A program made the translations under genes and the position numbers. From Hypanus sabinus (taxonomy: Eukaryota): DNA of 64,000 nucleotides. The stretch's first letter is position 1; each line of letters starts with the position of its first letter. Shown here one piece after another: positions 61,802 to 64,000 of the stretch. The notes under the pieces are model-generated. The model had not been told where the DNA came from. It worked only from the letters and a program-made list of their open reading frames with translations, and did not search any database. The stretch covers positions 117,180,001 through 117,244,000 of the forward strand of contig NC_082708.1 in NCBI RefSeq assembly GCF_030144855.1, read 5' to 3'.

Positions 61802-63112
61802 CTGTGCACAACAAAAAATCAACAAATTATGTTGGAGGCTGAGTCAAGTTGGGCATAACAAAATAAATGTGACACTAAAATGGCATTGAGGACATGGATT
61901 AATTCCACTGGTGAACACAATGGATTTCAAAGCTTTCCAGCTGCACAACTGTTCTGGGTGCAGGGGAATTCTAACAAGAATACATTTTAAACTATAGTCA
62001 AGCACATTGTAGCAAAAACTCTTTGTTAGTTGCCACAGGAATATACCCATTAAGCTTTGCTTAAAATTTAATTCTCAATGAAGACATGCAGTAACTAGCT
62101 ATTCTTCTTTGTGACCAATAATTTTCGTTTAAACTCAGTACTGCAAATATTGGACACCTGGAATTACATAAAGATGAATAATCAAAAGTGATCCTTAGAA
62201 AATTTTAATATTTAAATAGCTAGTATTGCACTAGGTTTCTCATTAACTATAGTTCATGCTTGAAACTTCAAAGATGAGGGAACTTAAATATTCAATCTCT
62301 GAATATTCAGTCTAAATGTAAACCTGTATATGATGACATTCAAAATATATTAAAATAGGAGCATTATCAGTTGAAAACTAAATAATGAAGTGAAAATCAA
62401 ATTACCAACAAAGATGCTAATTCTATTAATTAAAACATGATGAAATATTTCTTTGATTTGTATTTCAAACATCTTTTGACTTGAACTAAACAAATTGCCA
62501 ACACACATTATATAAAATTGGAGCCAAAATAAAGTTTCTACATGACATTGAAACTTTTAACACAGAAGTCAAAAACATTACTTTGGGACCAGAAGACATT
62601 TTCACACACATACAGTATTTTCTGAGACAAAAATCTTTTCAATGATAAAAAAAAGCATTAGATCCATTAAGTGAACATGGACAATGTTTCAGAACACAAT
62701 GTTTATTTTTACACTTCTGAGTACATCTATTTAAGGTCAATACATAAAGGGAGGGTGTTTGGGGGTTGATGTTCTGTTAAGTTATTTGTGTGGAAGTGGG
62801 AATGATTTTTGGGATGGTTAGTGTATGGGGGGAGGGGGTTGATGATCGAGATGCTGTTTGGTTTTGTATGGGGGGGTGGGTTTGATGCTTCTCTCAGAAT
62901 GACTTTCATATTCTTTATGTTTTTGTGGCATTCTGGAGAATACAAATTTCAAGTTGTATATGGATATATGCTTTGATAATAAATTAACTTTTGAATGTTA
63001 TATATAAGCAATTAGTACCATTGATCAGTCAGTATTTCAGTATAAATTATATATTTTATACATAGATATCAAGATTGCAATCTGATTTAAGTTCCAAATT
63101 ATATTCGGTCAT

Positions 63113-64000
63113 TAGAACACAGAACATAGAACAGTACAGCGCCGTACAGGCCCTTTGGTGCTCAATATTGCACCAACTTTTTTCCTGTTCTACAATCAAT
63201 CTAATCTTTCCCTCCCATTATTCTTTCATCCATTTGGCTATCTAAGAGTCTCTTAAATGCCCCTAATGTATCTGCTTCTACCATCACCCTTGGCAGAGCA
63301 TTCCTACCTCTGTTATGCCCCCCCCCCATACTTTCTTCCAAACACATTAAAGTTATGCCCCCTCATGTTAGTCATTTCCGTCCTAGGAAAAAGTCTCTGA
63401 CTGTTCACTCTATCTATGCCTCTTATCATCTTGTACACCTTTGTCAAATCACCTCTCATCCTCCTTTTTGATAAACAGAAAAACCCTCGTTCACTCAACC
63501 TATCCTCTTAAGGCATACTCCCTAAATCAGGCAGCATCCTGGGAAATCTCCTCTGCAGCTACTCTAATGCTTCCACATACTTCCTGTAATGAGGTGATCA
63601 AGTGTGGTCTAACCAGTTTTATAGAGCTGCAACATTACTTCACAGCTCTTTAACACAGTAACTTCACAAATGAAGGCCAACACAACATACCATATGCCTT
63701 CTTAATCACCTTTTCAACTTGTGCTACAACTTTGAGGAATCTATAGATGTGAATCCCACACTGCTAAGAAACCTACCATAACCCTATATTTTGCCTTCAA
63801 GTTTGACCTTCCAAATTAAATCATTACAAACTTTCCTGGAATGAGCTCCATCTGCCATTTGGCATCCTATCAATGTCCCAAGGAAACCTACAACAACCTT
63901 CCACACAATCCACAATGTCATCTCACAACTTACAAAGTTTGTACTAACACACCTTCACTTCCTCATCCAAGTCATTTATAAAAATCACGAACAGCAGGGG
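63113..64000 (-). mobile_element. CR1 LINE 3' part (runs off window end)
   Basis: RRMRGDLTKVYKMIRGIDRV, FINDLDEE. (agaacat)n tail at 63113. Confidence 0.88.

Overview
This is AT-rich, repeat-dense vertebrate genomic DNA. It is most likely from a cartilaginous fish (ray/shark), inferred from HER1/CR1-type LINEs, an HE1-like V-SINE and elasmobranch-type Penelope tails. The window holds the 3' halves of two convergent spliced genes. REELD1 lies on + (4 coding exons: 205-374, 5623-5896, 7579-7654, 13668-14318). SLC10A7 lies on - (last 5 coding exons: 61636-61801, 58071-58122, 55888-55961, 34841-34986, 30448-30486). All exons have GT-AG boundaries and consistent phases, and the tail-to-tail order matches the human locus. 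Gene identities rest on remembered protein sequences, not a database search. The rest is mostly transposon debris: CR1, Rex1, L1, RTE and Vingi-like LINE fragments, Penelope-like elements (PLEs), two solo LTRs, Tc1/mariner and hAT elements, and a SINE. The most notable structure is a recurrent PLE insertion architecture. Three independent inserts (about 1.5 kb, 275 bp and 144 bp), each with a 13-16 bp target-site duplication (TSD), consist of two inverted copies of the element's 3' end. One arm is consistently shorter at the tip, and the arms carry minimal hammerhead-ribozyme motifs. The last SLC10A7 exon is sandwiched between a hairpin-forming mariner MITE and a Tc1 remnant that offers poly(A) signals. 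Boundaries of old repeats are approximate. One 166-N gap lies at 56154-56319.
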